A stretch of DNA of 40,766 bases from Thermoplasmatota archaeon (GTDB taxonomy: Archaea; Thermoplasmatota; E2; JACPAO01; JAHFTW01), in contig JBFJNL010000002.1 of assembly GCA_041618195.1 (NCBI GenBank), positions 1-40,766 of the forward strand, in the 5' to 3' direction. The position numbers and the translations under genes are program-made. Shown one piece after another: positions 32,909 to 40,646 of the stretch. Position 1 is the first letter of the stretch. Every line of letters begins with the position of its first letter. The notes below the pieces were generated by a model. That model did no database searches, was not told the DNA's origin, and was given only the letters and a program-made list of their open reading frames with translations.

Positions 32909-33850
32909 TCAGGACGGGTCGGCCCGCTGGGGCCACACCGCCCACACCACGACGAGCAGTGGCCCGACGATCAGCCCGGCCCAGGTGGCCAAGCCGCCCA
33001 GGGCCCAAGCAGCGGCGCCCCAGCGGGCGCCTTCGCCACGAAGGTGTCTCCAGGCACCGTAGCCGATGCCTGCTGCGGCGGCGGCGAAGACCAGGGGGAT
33101 CACCAGCCCCCACGTCCAGCCGCCCAGCCACGTGGCGAGGCCGGCGAGCAACACGACGGTCCCGGCGGTGCCTGCAATGGCGCCCGTGCCGGCATACCCG
33201 ACCAGGCGACGTGGGTCCGTGCGCCACACGCTGCGGCCCAGATAGAGCGCTCCGGCGACGCCGATCACCTCGCCGACCAGGCCGAACGCCCAGTGCACGC
33301 CGCCCCATGACACGACGCTGAGGCGTCCGATGGGGGTCATCACCCACTCGACGGGCGTGAAGGATTCGCGGGCTCCCGAGGCCAGACTGTAGTGCATCCC
33401 GGTCGGCGTCGTGACCAACACATAGTAGGTGCCCGTCGCCGGCGCCGGGCCGCGCCATTCGGCGACCGTGCGCAGGGCGAACGGCGTGAAGGGCTCGACT
33501 CCCAGATCATCCACCGGCGCGATGCGCATGGAGCGCGTGCCATTGGGGGCCTGTGCGGTGGCGTCTTCAGGCAGCCCCGGGCCAAAGAGCCAGACCTCTG
33601 GCCGACCACTTTCATGAGGCGGGACCGCGGCGCTGACGTACAGCTCGGTGCCGGCCGTCATGTCGAAGGTGTACCAATAGACGCCGTCGGCGGAAGCCTC
33701 ATTGAAGAACACCCAAGATTTCGTGGCGTCGGCGATGACGAACGCCGTCTCGGGGGACGCTCCGGAGGCGTCGAACTCCGGCACGTGGGCGCCGGCGAGC
33801 GGCAACGAAAAGAGGAGGAGTGGGAAAATGGCACGGCGCAGGATGGTCAT
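32909..33850 (-). CDS. Secreted beta-rich domain protein with C-terminal multi-TM anchor
   Basis: Signal peptide MTILRRAIFPLLLFSLPLAGA followed by HVPEF. Pre-peptidase-C-terminal-like motifs (GVYWYTFDMTAGTELYV, GTYYVLV). Then 4-5 Gly/Ala/Trp-rich TM segments. Confidence 0.6.
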   Translation of the reverse strand: MTILRRAIFPLLLFSLPLAGAHVPEFDASGASPETAFVIADATKSWVFFNEASADGVYWYTFDMTAGTELYVSAAVPPHESGRPEVWLFGPGLPEDATAQAPNGTRSMRIAPVDDLGVEPFTPFALRTVAEWRGPAPATGTYYVLVTTPTGMHYSLASGARESFTPVEWVMTPIGRLSVVSWGGVHWAFGLVGEVIGVAGALYLGRSVWRTDPRRLVGYAGTGAIAGTAGTVVLLAGLATWLGGWTWGLVIPLVFAAAAAGIGYGAWRHLRGEGARWGAAAWALGGLATWAGLIVGPLLVVVWAVWPQRADPS

Positions 33851-33907
33851 GGAGATGGTCCCGGACAAACGACGCCGTGGAACGATGGGGTGGGGCTAAC
33901 GCCGCGA

Positions 33908-34291
33908 TCAGTGCGTCGCGTGGACGGACAGGCGGTTGAAGCCGGCGTGCGGCGTGGCGAACGTGGCGTTCATGCCTTCCAGCGCCTTCTTCACCTGGGG
34001 CGTGGCGTTGCCCAGGATCGTGAAGCTGTTGACATCACAGTTGGCCATGAGCGTGTTCAGTGTGTTGCTGACCGCGGGGCGCGTCATGTGTTCGAGGAAC
34101 GCTTCACTGGAGGCGTATTGGTCCAAGAAGCAGATCCGGTTGTTGGCGCCGTCGACGAAGCATTCCCAGGCGAGCGTGCCGTGCTCGTTCTTCTTGACGT
34201 CGGTGGCAAGATTCGAGATCAGGGTCTTGAGCTGGGGTAGTTCGCCTTTGTGGGCGTTCACGTCGAGCACGAGCGAGAATGGTTCAGACAT
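33908..34291 (-). CDS. ABM (antibiotic-biosynthesis-monooxygenase-like) domain protein
   Basis: About 127 aa from ATG 34291 (MSEPFSLVLDVNAHKG...). GTLAWECFVD ... FLDQYASSEAFLEH fits the ferredoxin-like ABM pattern. Confidence 0.6.
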   Translation of the reverse strand: MSEPFSLVLDVNAHKGELPQLKTLISNLATDVKKNEHGTLAWECFVDGANNRICFLDQYASSEAFLEHMTRPAVSNTLNTLMANCDVNSFTILGNATPQVKKALEGMNATFATPHAGFNRLSVHATH

Positions 34292-34373
34292 TTGGGGTAC
34301 AACCTGCGGCAAGCCGCGAGTCGCCACAGGGCGTAGCGAGTATCAACAGATGCCAGCGAATCCCCGGGCTGGC

Positions 34374-34838
34374 CTATGCGACGACGCGTTTTCGTGGCGT
34401 GACGGGAGGGGTGGCGGCCAATTTGGCGTCGGCGCCTTCGAGCATCCCCTTCATCGCTTTGCGCATCTGGCCCTTGGCGATCGGGTTCAGGAGCCAGCCC
34501 ATCTTCATGCCGAAGTCCATGTTGCAGGTGACGGTGGTCTGGCCGTCGGCTTCGGTGAAGTCGAACGTGGCGACCATCTTCTTCATGGGGGCGCCCCAGA
34601 AGTCGACGCCCGTGAGCTGCAGTTGCGTGCCCTTCTTCCAAGCGGTGACCTCTTCGAGGATGCCGGCGCCCTTGCCGAAGTCGCAGGAGCGGCGTCCGCC
34701 TACGCCCTGCTTCTTGTTCTCGCGCTTGCTGTCGACGACGCCCGGACTGATGTCCTTGACATTGCCGATGTCCGCGAAGATGTCCCAGACCGCGGTCTTG
34801 CTGGCAGTGTATACGTGGTCGACGTGGATGGTGGCCAT
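34374..34838 (-). CDS. SRPBCC family protein
   Basis: MATIHVDHVYTASKTAVWDIFADIGNV... plus a C-terminal helix. About 154 aa from ATG 34838. Confidence 0.7.
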   Translation of the reverse strand: MATIHVDHVYTASKTAVWDIFADIGNVKDISPGVVDSKRENKKQGVGGRRSCDFGKGAGILEEVTAWKKGTQLQLTGVDFWGAPMKKMVATFDFTEADGQTTVTCNMDFGMKMGWLLNPIAKGQMRKAMKGMLEGADAKLAATPPVTPRKRVVA

Positions 34839-34892
34839 GGACAGACCAGACCCCGGGTGGTTGATGAAGCTGGTGCCGCACAAGTCCTCGAC

Positions 34893-35360
34893 CTACGCCC
34901 GGGAGGCGGGCTTCTCGAAGGAGACCAATGGGGTCCCGAACAGATGGCTGGGGCCCTCGGCGTCGACGAAACCGAAGCGCCTGTACAACGCCTGCGAGCC
35001 TGCCAGGAACGTCGTGGTGCTGAGCCACATCGCCCGGGCACCGTCGGCCATCGCATATCCTTCCACGGCCGCCAGGAGCCGCTCGCCGAGACCTTGCCGG
35101 CGGGCGTCGGGGTGGACGCCCATCCCGCGGACGTAGAGGCCGCGTTCATCCACCTTGGCCGCCACGGTGCCCAACAACCGACCGTCCTCGATGACCCATG
35201 TGGGTCCCTCTGCCATTCGCTGGGCCACGCGGGAGGCGTCGATGACCGTGGCGTCGAAGCAAGCGTCCGTGTACAGGTCCCGGAAACCGACGAACGAGGC
35301 GACCAGCAGTTCGTGGATGGCCTGGGCATCAGCCGGGGTCGCAAGGCGCAGCGTGGCCAC
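34893..35360 (-). CDS. GNAT family N-acetyltransferase
   Basis: LRLATPADAQAIHELL ... VHPDARRQGLGERLLAAVE ... ALYRRFGF (acetyl-CoA binding motif A). GTG start. Confidence 0.9.
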   Translation of the reverse strand: MATLRLATPADAQAIHELLVASFVGFRDLYTDACFDATVIDASRVAQRMAEGPTWVIEDGRLLGTVAAKVDERGLYVRGMGVHPDARRQGLGERLLAAVEGYAMADGARAMWLSTTTFLAGSQALYRRFGFVDAEGPSHLFGTPLVSFEKPASRA

Positions 35361-35396
35361 GCCGGGTCATGCCGCCACTGGCTGATGAGTTTGGCG

Positions 35397-35786
35397 TCAG
35401 AGCCAACCGGCGGCCAATGCGACGACGAGGCCCGCGATCAGGACATCGAAGACGATGCAGAAGCCGACCGTGCTCGGGTGGACGTGGGTCTTGACGACCC
35501 CCCAATGATGCAGCAGATCCCATACCGGGTGGGCCAACCAGCCGACGGCCAATGCCCACGGGGACCACAGCGAAAGCAGCGCCAAGGCCATCACCGGCAA
35601 GCCAGCCAACGCTTGGAGCCGCAGGTGGCGATCGCCGTGCATGGCCCCCATGCCGACATAGATGCCGACGGTCAGCCACAATAAGCCGGCCAACAGGGGC
35701 AAGCGGTACGGGTCGGGCAAGACAAGCGTGACGGCGGTGACGATGACGGCGCCTATCAGGCCCTGGATGAGTGGCTTGCGTTGCAC
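35397..35786 (-). CDS. Small 4-TM membrane protein, unknown function
   Basis: Only the last 130 codons or so of track ORF 35397..36437 look like protein (LIGAVIVTAVTLVL ... HPVWDLLHHWGVVKTHVHP ...). GTG 35786 is a plausible start. Confidence 0.5.
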   Translation of the reverse strand: MQRKPLIQGLIGAVIVTAVTLVLPDPYRLPLLAGLLWLTVGIYVGMGAMHGDRHLRLQALAGLPVMALALLSLWSPWALAVGWLAHPVWDLLHHWGVVKTHVHPSTVGFCIVFDVLIAGLVVALAAGWL

Positions 35787-35860
35787 GAAGCGACATGGCG
35801 CCGAGGCCGGCTTAAACCGGTAGGATGCCGGTGCGGTGACGTAGGTCCCGGGACGCCAGG

Positions 35861-36517
35861 TCAAGTCCTCGTGGAATCCTCCCGGGATGCCTGGTCGACA
35901 GCTCGCCAATAGACGGCGTTCATCTGGCTGATGAGCACCGCCGCGACGAACACGCCTACGATGAGGGCCAATAGGCCGGCGATGATAATCGGGATGCTGA
36001 TCACCGCCAGACCGAACACAGACCACCAGCGGCCTTTGGTGTCGGCGAAGCTGGCCTTGATAGCCTCGATAGGACCTAGCGTGTCTTCGACGAAACGCTG
36101 GCTGGTGAAGCTCAGTCTGATGGCCCAGTAGATGCCGGGCACGATGAGCAGGAGGAGGCCTCCGACGACGATCAGAAACCACAGCATGCCGAGGCCGATG
36201 CTCGGCCAGTAGCGCTTGCCGAACGCATAGCCAAGGTCTGACCACGTGGGTTTCTGCCCTCGACTGGCGGCCAGATGGGCTTTGACCAATCCGATGCCGA
36301 GGGGGATGCCCAAGAAGATGGCCACCAGGCTGCCCACCAGATTGACAAAGATGCGCGGGCCCTCCGCAGTAGGGAAGTCCTGCCCGGCTTGGATGTTGCT
36401 GGCCAGTCCGGAGATGGCACCGAACAGCAATAGCCACCAGAAATGCGGCCAGATGTTGGTCCAGGCTTGCTTGAGACTCGCGACCACGCGCGGCTCAGGG
36501 ACGTCGCCGACGGCCAT
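35861..36517 (-). CDS. DUF975-like membrane protein
   Basis: 218 aa from ATG 36517. Hydrophobic segments separated by loops (WTNIWPHFWWLLLFGAISG ... YWAIRLSFTSQRF ...) as in DUF975/GDPD-membrane-domain-like proteins. Tentative. Confidence 0.6.
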   Translation of the reverse strand: MAVGDVPEPRVVASLKQAWTNIWPHFWWLLLFGAISGLASNIQAGQDFPTAEGPRIFVNLVGSLVAIFLGIPLGIGLVKAHLAASRGQKPTWSDLGYAFGKRYWPSIGLGMLWFLIVVGGLLLLIVPGIYWAIRLSFTSQRFVEDTLGPIEAIKASFADTKGRWWSVFGLAVISIPIIIAGLLALIVGVFVAAVLISQMNAVYWRAVDQASREDSTRT

Positions 36518-36584
36518 AGATGGCCTGCTATAGTCCCGCACATGAACCTGCGTCGATGGCCAAGAATGGGGTTTTGGGCGAGCG

Positions 36585-37238
36585 CTATGGGTGATCGCCG
36601 TCGCGCGCCGACGCCAAAGCTTGCTTGAAGACATCGACGGGCTGGGCGCCGGACAGGGCGAACTTGCGGTCGAAGACGAAGAAGGGGACGCCTTGTACAC
36701 CGATGGCTCGGCCTTCCGAGATGTCTGCATGGACGGCATCACCGTAAGCATCCGAGGCGAGGAGGGCATCGACCGCGTCCGATGCAAGCCCTGCGGCGAT
36801 TCCGATGCGTCTGAGGGTCGCATGTGACGACACATCCGCGCCGGCCGTGTGCTGGGCCACCAGCAGCCGGTCCATGATCTCCGCCCCGAGACCGTGGGCG
36901 ATGCCGAGATGGTGAAGCCGGTGGGCGTCGAAGGTGTTCGATGCCATGGCGTCGTCGAAGTTGTAGCTCACGCCGACCTGCGCGCCCATCTCAATCAGGC
37001 GGGCGTGGGATTCGGCGACGCGATCAGCGCCACCAAACCGCTCGGCAAGATACGCCTTGACCAATTGGGGCTCGCCGAGTTGCGGCGCGAGCTGGAAGGA
37101 CCGCATGACGACCTCCGTCTCGATGCCGGTCTGCCTGGTGGCCTCGGCGAGGTGAGCATTGCCCAGCAAGCACCATGGGCACGCCACGTCCGACCAGACT
37201 TCGATCCGGACCGGCTCCGTTGCCGACACTGCACTCAT
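36585..37238 (-). CDS. DsbA-family thiol-disulfide oxidoreductase (FrnE/HCCA-isomerase-like)
   Basis: IEVWSDVACPWCLLG active-site CPWC. C-terminal GVQGVPFFVF. About 217 aa. Confidence 0.9.
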   Translation of the reverse strand: MSAVSATEPVRIEVWSDVACPWCLLGNAHLAEATRQTGIETEVVMRSFQLAPQLGEPQLVKAYLAERFGGADRVAESHARLIEMGAQVGVSYNFDDAMASNTFDAHRLHHLGIAHGLGAEIMDRLLVAQHTAGADVSSHATLRRIGIAAGLASDAVDALLASDAYGDAVHADISEGRAIGVQGVPFFVFDRKFALSGAQPVDVFKQALASARDGDHP

Positions 37239-37370
37239 GCGAGGGTCTCAGTGCGCCGGGAACATGGCCCTTTGGGAGCGGGCCAGCACGCCGGGCGCAG
37301 GGGCGTTTTGGTCGCGAAGGCAGGAGGCCGTGGCGTCGTCGCTTATTGGTTGCAGTCGCAAGCGCAGATT

Positions 37371-37865
37371 ATGGAGGAACGTATCTGGCTGGCGTCCAGC
37401 CCTTGGGTCTGGTTGTTCTTGGTCGTCATCACCATTCCGCTCGCCATCGCAGGCAGCGCCATGTGGATCGAGCAGCCGGCGACCCTGTGGTGGATGATCA
37501 TCCCCGGGTTCGCTGTCTTCGCCCTCGTGTGCGGCAACCTGCGCGTCGTGACCGAAGCGGACGGCTTGCTCATCAGATATTTCCCTCTGTGGCATCGTCG
37601 CATCCCTTGGTCCGACATCGAGGATGCCCAGGCTGAGCGCTACCGGCCTTGGCACTTCGGCGGATGGGGCGTCCGCTTCAGCCAACGAGCCATCGCGTTC
37701 TCGGTCATCACCAAGCAAGCCATCCGATTGACGGTGCGGGGCCGTCGCTTGCAAGTGGTGTTCTCCACGCAACGACCAGATGATTGGTTGGAGGCGCTCA
37801 AGCAACGCTCCGTGGCCCACAAGACGCCGGTCGCGAGGCCGGATGGCCGCGCGGCGCATTCGTAG
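37371..37865 (+). CDS. Membrane protein with two N-terminal TM helices and a PH-like soluble domain (tentative)
   Basis: ATG 37371 (MEERIWLASSPWVWLFLVVITIPLAIAG...). Earlier codons of track ORF 36849.. are antisense to dsbA. Confidence 0.5.
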   Translation: MEERIWLASSPWVWLFLVVITIPLAIAGSAMWIEQPATLWWMIIPGFAVFALVCGNLRVVTEADGLLIRYFPLWHRRIPWSDIEDAQAERYRPWHFGGWGVRFSQRAIAFSVITKQAIRLTVRGRRLQVVFSTQRPDDWLEALKQRSVAHKTPVARPDGRAAHS

Positions 37866-37901
37866 GACAGGCCTTAGATGGGCTAAGGTCGATCGCTGAT
37901 C

Positions 37902-38198
37902 GTGCCCACGGTCGTCGTCGAGTTGTCGGTTCTGGATGAATCTCGGTGGGCCGACGCTATACGCGCTGCAGGTGACGCGATGCGCGTCTATCGCGACGGT
38001 CCAGAGGCGTGCATCGTCATGGCGATCGACACCATAGGTGGGGCCGAAACGGCCCTGTCGCTGCTCCCCGGGATGGTCGCCGTTGCAGCGGTCGAAGCGA
38101 TGACAATCAAGATCATGGAACCCGTGGCGATTGTGACCGTGGACGGCGAAGGGATCCAAGTGGATCGTTTGTGGCCACGTGGGAGAGGCCAGGGGTGA
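37902..38198 (+). CDS. Hypothetical small protein
   Basis: 98-aa GTG-started ORF with moderate third-position GC. No family recognised. Could be non-coding. Confidence 0.3.
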   Translation: MPTVVVELSVLDESRWADAIRAAGDAMRVYRDGPEACIVMAIDTIGGAETALSLLPGMVAVAAVEAMTIKIMEPVAIVTVDGEGIQVDRLWPRGRGQG

Positions 38199-38218
38199 CT
38201 GCTCTGCAGGGGCCCGGT

Positions 38219-38446
38219 CTAACCGCGATTGATCCTAGACGCGAAGCCGGCCGCTTTGCTGCCCGCCGCGACCTCGACGGTGTGTTCCTTGTAGGTCAAC
38301 ACCAACAGCGTGCCTCGGGCTTCGGCGCCGACCTCCGAGAACGGTGCCTTGGCCTTCAGCATGCCGCGGAACACCACGACATCCTCCTGGATGTCCGCCT
38401 TGACCTTGGCACCCGTGCCTTTGAGGATGCCTGTGAGTTCGACCAT
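38219..38446 (-). CDS. Hypothetical small protein (75 aa)
   Basis: Only the C-terminal 75 codons of track ORF 38219..38914 look like protein (MVELTGILKGTGAKVKADIQEDVVVFRG...). ATG at 38446. Confidence 0.4.
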   Translation of the reverse strand: MVELTGILKGTGAKVKADIQEDVVVFRGMLKAKAPFSEVGAEARGTLLVLTYKEHTVEVAAGSKAAGFASRINRG

Positions 38447-38504
38447 GGCGGCTCGAGGGACCACCCGTATCTGACGGTTTCGCGAAGTGCCGGGCTGGGC
38501 CCGG

Positions 38505-38903
38505 CTACTGCGCCAGGATCGCGTCGAGCTTGTCGAAGGCTGCACTCCAAGCCGCCATGGTCGGAGCGTGGTACTCGGCGGGCAGGCCTGGCATGCGTAA
38601 CACCATGCGGGTGGCTTCGCCTGCCGCCGCGAATCGCGCATCCATGACCGTCGACTTGTCCGCGGCGCCTTGCACGAGTCGGCTCGGGACCTGGATGGTG
38701 TGGAACACGCCGTCTTCCACATGGTTGCCGCGCGGCGTCGGGATGAGACGTCGGTAGGTGCCACCTTCGCGGAAGTCATGCGTCTCGATGATGCAATCGC
38801 CCTGGCCCGGGCCGTACCATGTGGCGAACATCGCTGGGTCTGCCCACGCGGCCCACACCGCGTCGATGGTCGCGGCGAAGTCGCGCTGCATCTCGAAATC
38901 CAT
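38505..38903 (-). CDS. SRPBCC protein, AHSA1 (Aha1-like) subfamily
   Basis: MDFEMQRDFAATIDAVWAAWADPAMFATWYGP ... is typical of AHSA1/START-like proteins. Confidence 0.75.
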   Translation of the reverse strand: MDFEMQRDFAATIDAVWAAWADPAMFATWYGPGQGDCIIETHDFREGGTYRRLIPTPRGNHVEDGVFHTIQVPSRLVQGAADKSTVMDARFAAAGEATRMVLRMPGLPAEYHAPTMAAWSAAFDKLDAILAQ

Positions 38904-39086
38904 GGCTCCGCCACCCGATGTTTGCCGTAATATCATACCGGAGGGCGGCTCTCCGCGGGGAGCACCCTAGCCGTGGCCGGAGGCCACCCGAACCACCCCT
39001 GGCGGGCGCCATCGAATTCGCCGTCGTCCCCCACATGCCGCACCACGACGGCGCAGCGCTTTCACGGGCTCTTCTGGCGCTTCATT

Positions 39087-39337
39087 TCATGTCGCCCGTG
39101 CAGGACGGAGCCTGAGACCATCATAGACCCCGTCGCGAATCATTCGGGCCGGCAGCGTGGCTAGCAACATGGCGTCCCCGGCGAACTCGACGCCCAGGAT
39201 CTCTGCCTTCTTGCCGCCTCCGATGGTCGCGGACCGTCCATGGGCGTGTTGGCACAGGTGAAGGACTTCTTCAATGTCGTGCCGATGGTCCGGTCGACAT
39301 CGTACCCGCCACTACGGCTGGTCCGCACACCCGCCAT
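39087..39337 (-). pseudogene. Possible frameshifted coding remnant
   Basis: By hand codon counts, high third-position GC switches frame near 39236-39245. One frame reads MAGVRTSRSGGYDVDRTIGTTLKKSFTCANTP (39337 to about 39242). Another reads ATIGGGKKAEILGVEFAGDAMLLATLPARMIRDGVYDG... (about 39235 to TGA 39087-39089) and has no start codon. No family recognised. Confidence 0.2.
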
Positions 39338-39623
39338 ATCGCATCGGAATTCGTCGGCAGAGCGGGGCCCACATGACGCCGGCGACGGCGCCGATTGTGA
39401 AGAAGATGGTCGGCATGCCAATGATAGCGCCAAAGGCCAAGGCCGTCCCTTGATTCAAGCCGATCGTTGCTAGGTCGATGAAGAACCCGCCTACCGAGTA
39501 GGTGATGCCGAGCAGCAGTCCGACGAAGGCGCCGAAGAGCCCGAAGTGCTTGGCGGCACCCAAGGGACCCATGAGGGGCCATCCGGCGCTGGGATGAATG
39601 GGCTTTCGGTGCGGCCCTGCCAT
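39312..39623 (-). CDS. Small membrane protein (2-3 TM), unknown function
   Basis: ATG 39623 (or 39572). HFGLFGAFVGLLLGITYSVGGFFIDL ... AFGAIIGMPTIFFTIGAVAGVMW. The last 15 codons or so have poorer codon bias. Confidence 0.45.
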   Translation of the reverse strand: MAGPHRKPIHPSAGWPLMGPLGAAKHFGLFGAFVGLLLGITYSVGGFFIDLATIGLNQGTALAFGAIIGMPTIFFTIGAVAGVMWAPLCRRIPMRYGGCADQP

Positions 39624-39666
39624 GGCCGTGCCTAGATCTTGGTGGCCGAATAGCGCGTCGGGGGAC

Positions 39667-40266
39667 CTACGCGGTCGGCGGCATGAACTTCGCCCGGGCC
39701 TGTTCGGCCTGGTCCCGGACAATGCATCCGGGGGCGTGGTCGTTGACCAATCCCATGGCCTGCATGAACGCGTACACCGTGGTGGGCCCCACGAATTTCC
39801 ATCCGTGCTGCTTGAGTGCCTTGGCCAATGCGACGGACTCGGGTGACGTCGGCGCTACCGCTTCGGGCGCACGGCGGTCGGGTTCGTAGTCCCAGACGAA
39901 CTGAGCGAGGCTTCCGTCACCGACGAGGTCCTTGACATGCTGCGCGTTGTTGATGACGGCCTCGATCTTGCCGCGATGGCGGACAATGCTTGCATCGCCG
40001 AGCAGACGTTCGATGTCCTCCTCGTCGAAGGCGGCGATCTTCTCAAAATCAAATCCCGCGAACGCCGCGCGGAAGTCCTCGCGCTTGGCCAGGATGGTCC
40101 GCCAGCTAAGCCCGGATTGGAACGCCTCCAAGCTCAACTTCTCGAACAAGCGCACATCGTCCGCGACTGGGAATCCCCATTCGGTATCGTGGTAATGCAA
40201 GAACCCAGGCGCGGCCAGCGCCCATTCGCAGCGGGGTAGTCCGTCAGGGCCGGGGGCGGTCTTCAT
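39667..40266 (-). CDS. tag: DNA-3-methyladenine glycosylase I
   Basis: RCEW ... YHDTEWGFPV ... LFEKLSLEAFQSGLSWRTILAKRE ... GPTTVYAFMQAMGLVNDH is the canonical Tag pattern. Confidence 0.93.
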   Translation of the reverse strand: MKTAPGPDGLPRCEWALAAPGFLHYHDTEWGFPVADDVRLFEKLSLEAFQSGLSWRTILAKREDFRAAFAGFDFEKIAAFDEEDIERLLGDASIVRHRGKIEAVINNAQHVKDLVGDGSLAQFVWDYEPDRRAPEAVAPTSPESVALAKALKQHGWKFVGPTTVYAFMQAMGLVNDHAPGCIVRDQAEQARAKFMPPTA

Positions 40267-40469
40267 CCCAGAACCTCCGGGCGCGTGGCTGCCGACGACA
40301 CCCCATTCTTCGGGGGTCGGCGGCGATACCGGCTTGCTGGCACCGAGTGCTGGTCGGGACGCCTGGAGCCATCACACGCTGAGCCAGGGACAAGTACGAT
40401 GTCCGGCCCGGTCCCTTCGGACGCGATGTGGATGGTCGTTCCATCGGGCGAGGCGACCCGTGATGCCAT
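40263..40469 (-). pseudogene. N-terminal fragment of an alpha/beta-hydrolase-like gene
   Basis: MASRVASPDGTTIHIASEGTGPDIVLVPGS resembles the start of alpha/beta-fold hydrolases. The frame then degenerates into Arg/Pro-rich sequence and stops after about 68 aa, overlapping the tag start. Confidence 0.3.
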
Positions 40470-40646
40470 GCACCTGCAAGGCGGCGCGGCGGTCTTCAAG
40501 GTAGGGGTGTCGAACGGCTGGGCCGCCGGTGCATGCGGATGTGGTCGAGCGGGTGTCGGCTTACGAAGGTCCGCGATGGCGTGTTTGACGCCATGCTCGA
40601 CCGGGTGCCGGTCAGCCGCCGGGGGGCCGCCTTCAGCGGCGCGGCT

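Noticed and set aside
35787-36437. N-terminal 215 codons of track ORF 35397..36437(-).
   Set aside because: The translation is Arg/Pro/His-rich nonsense and overlaps the DUF975-like gene (35861..36517) in another frame. Only the terminal 130 hydrophobic codons or so look real.
39312-39314. In-frame TAG as a pyrrolysine codon.
   Set aside because: There are no pyl genes or methylamine methyltransferases in the window. Codon bias weakens before the TAG and shifts frame afterwards, which favours a frameshifted remnant.
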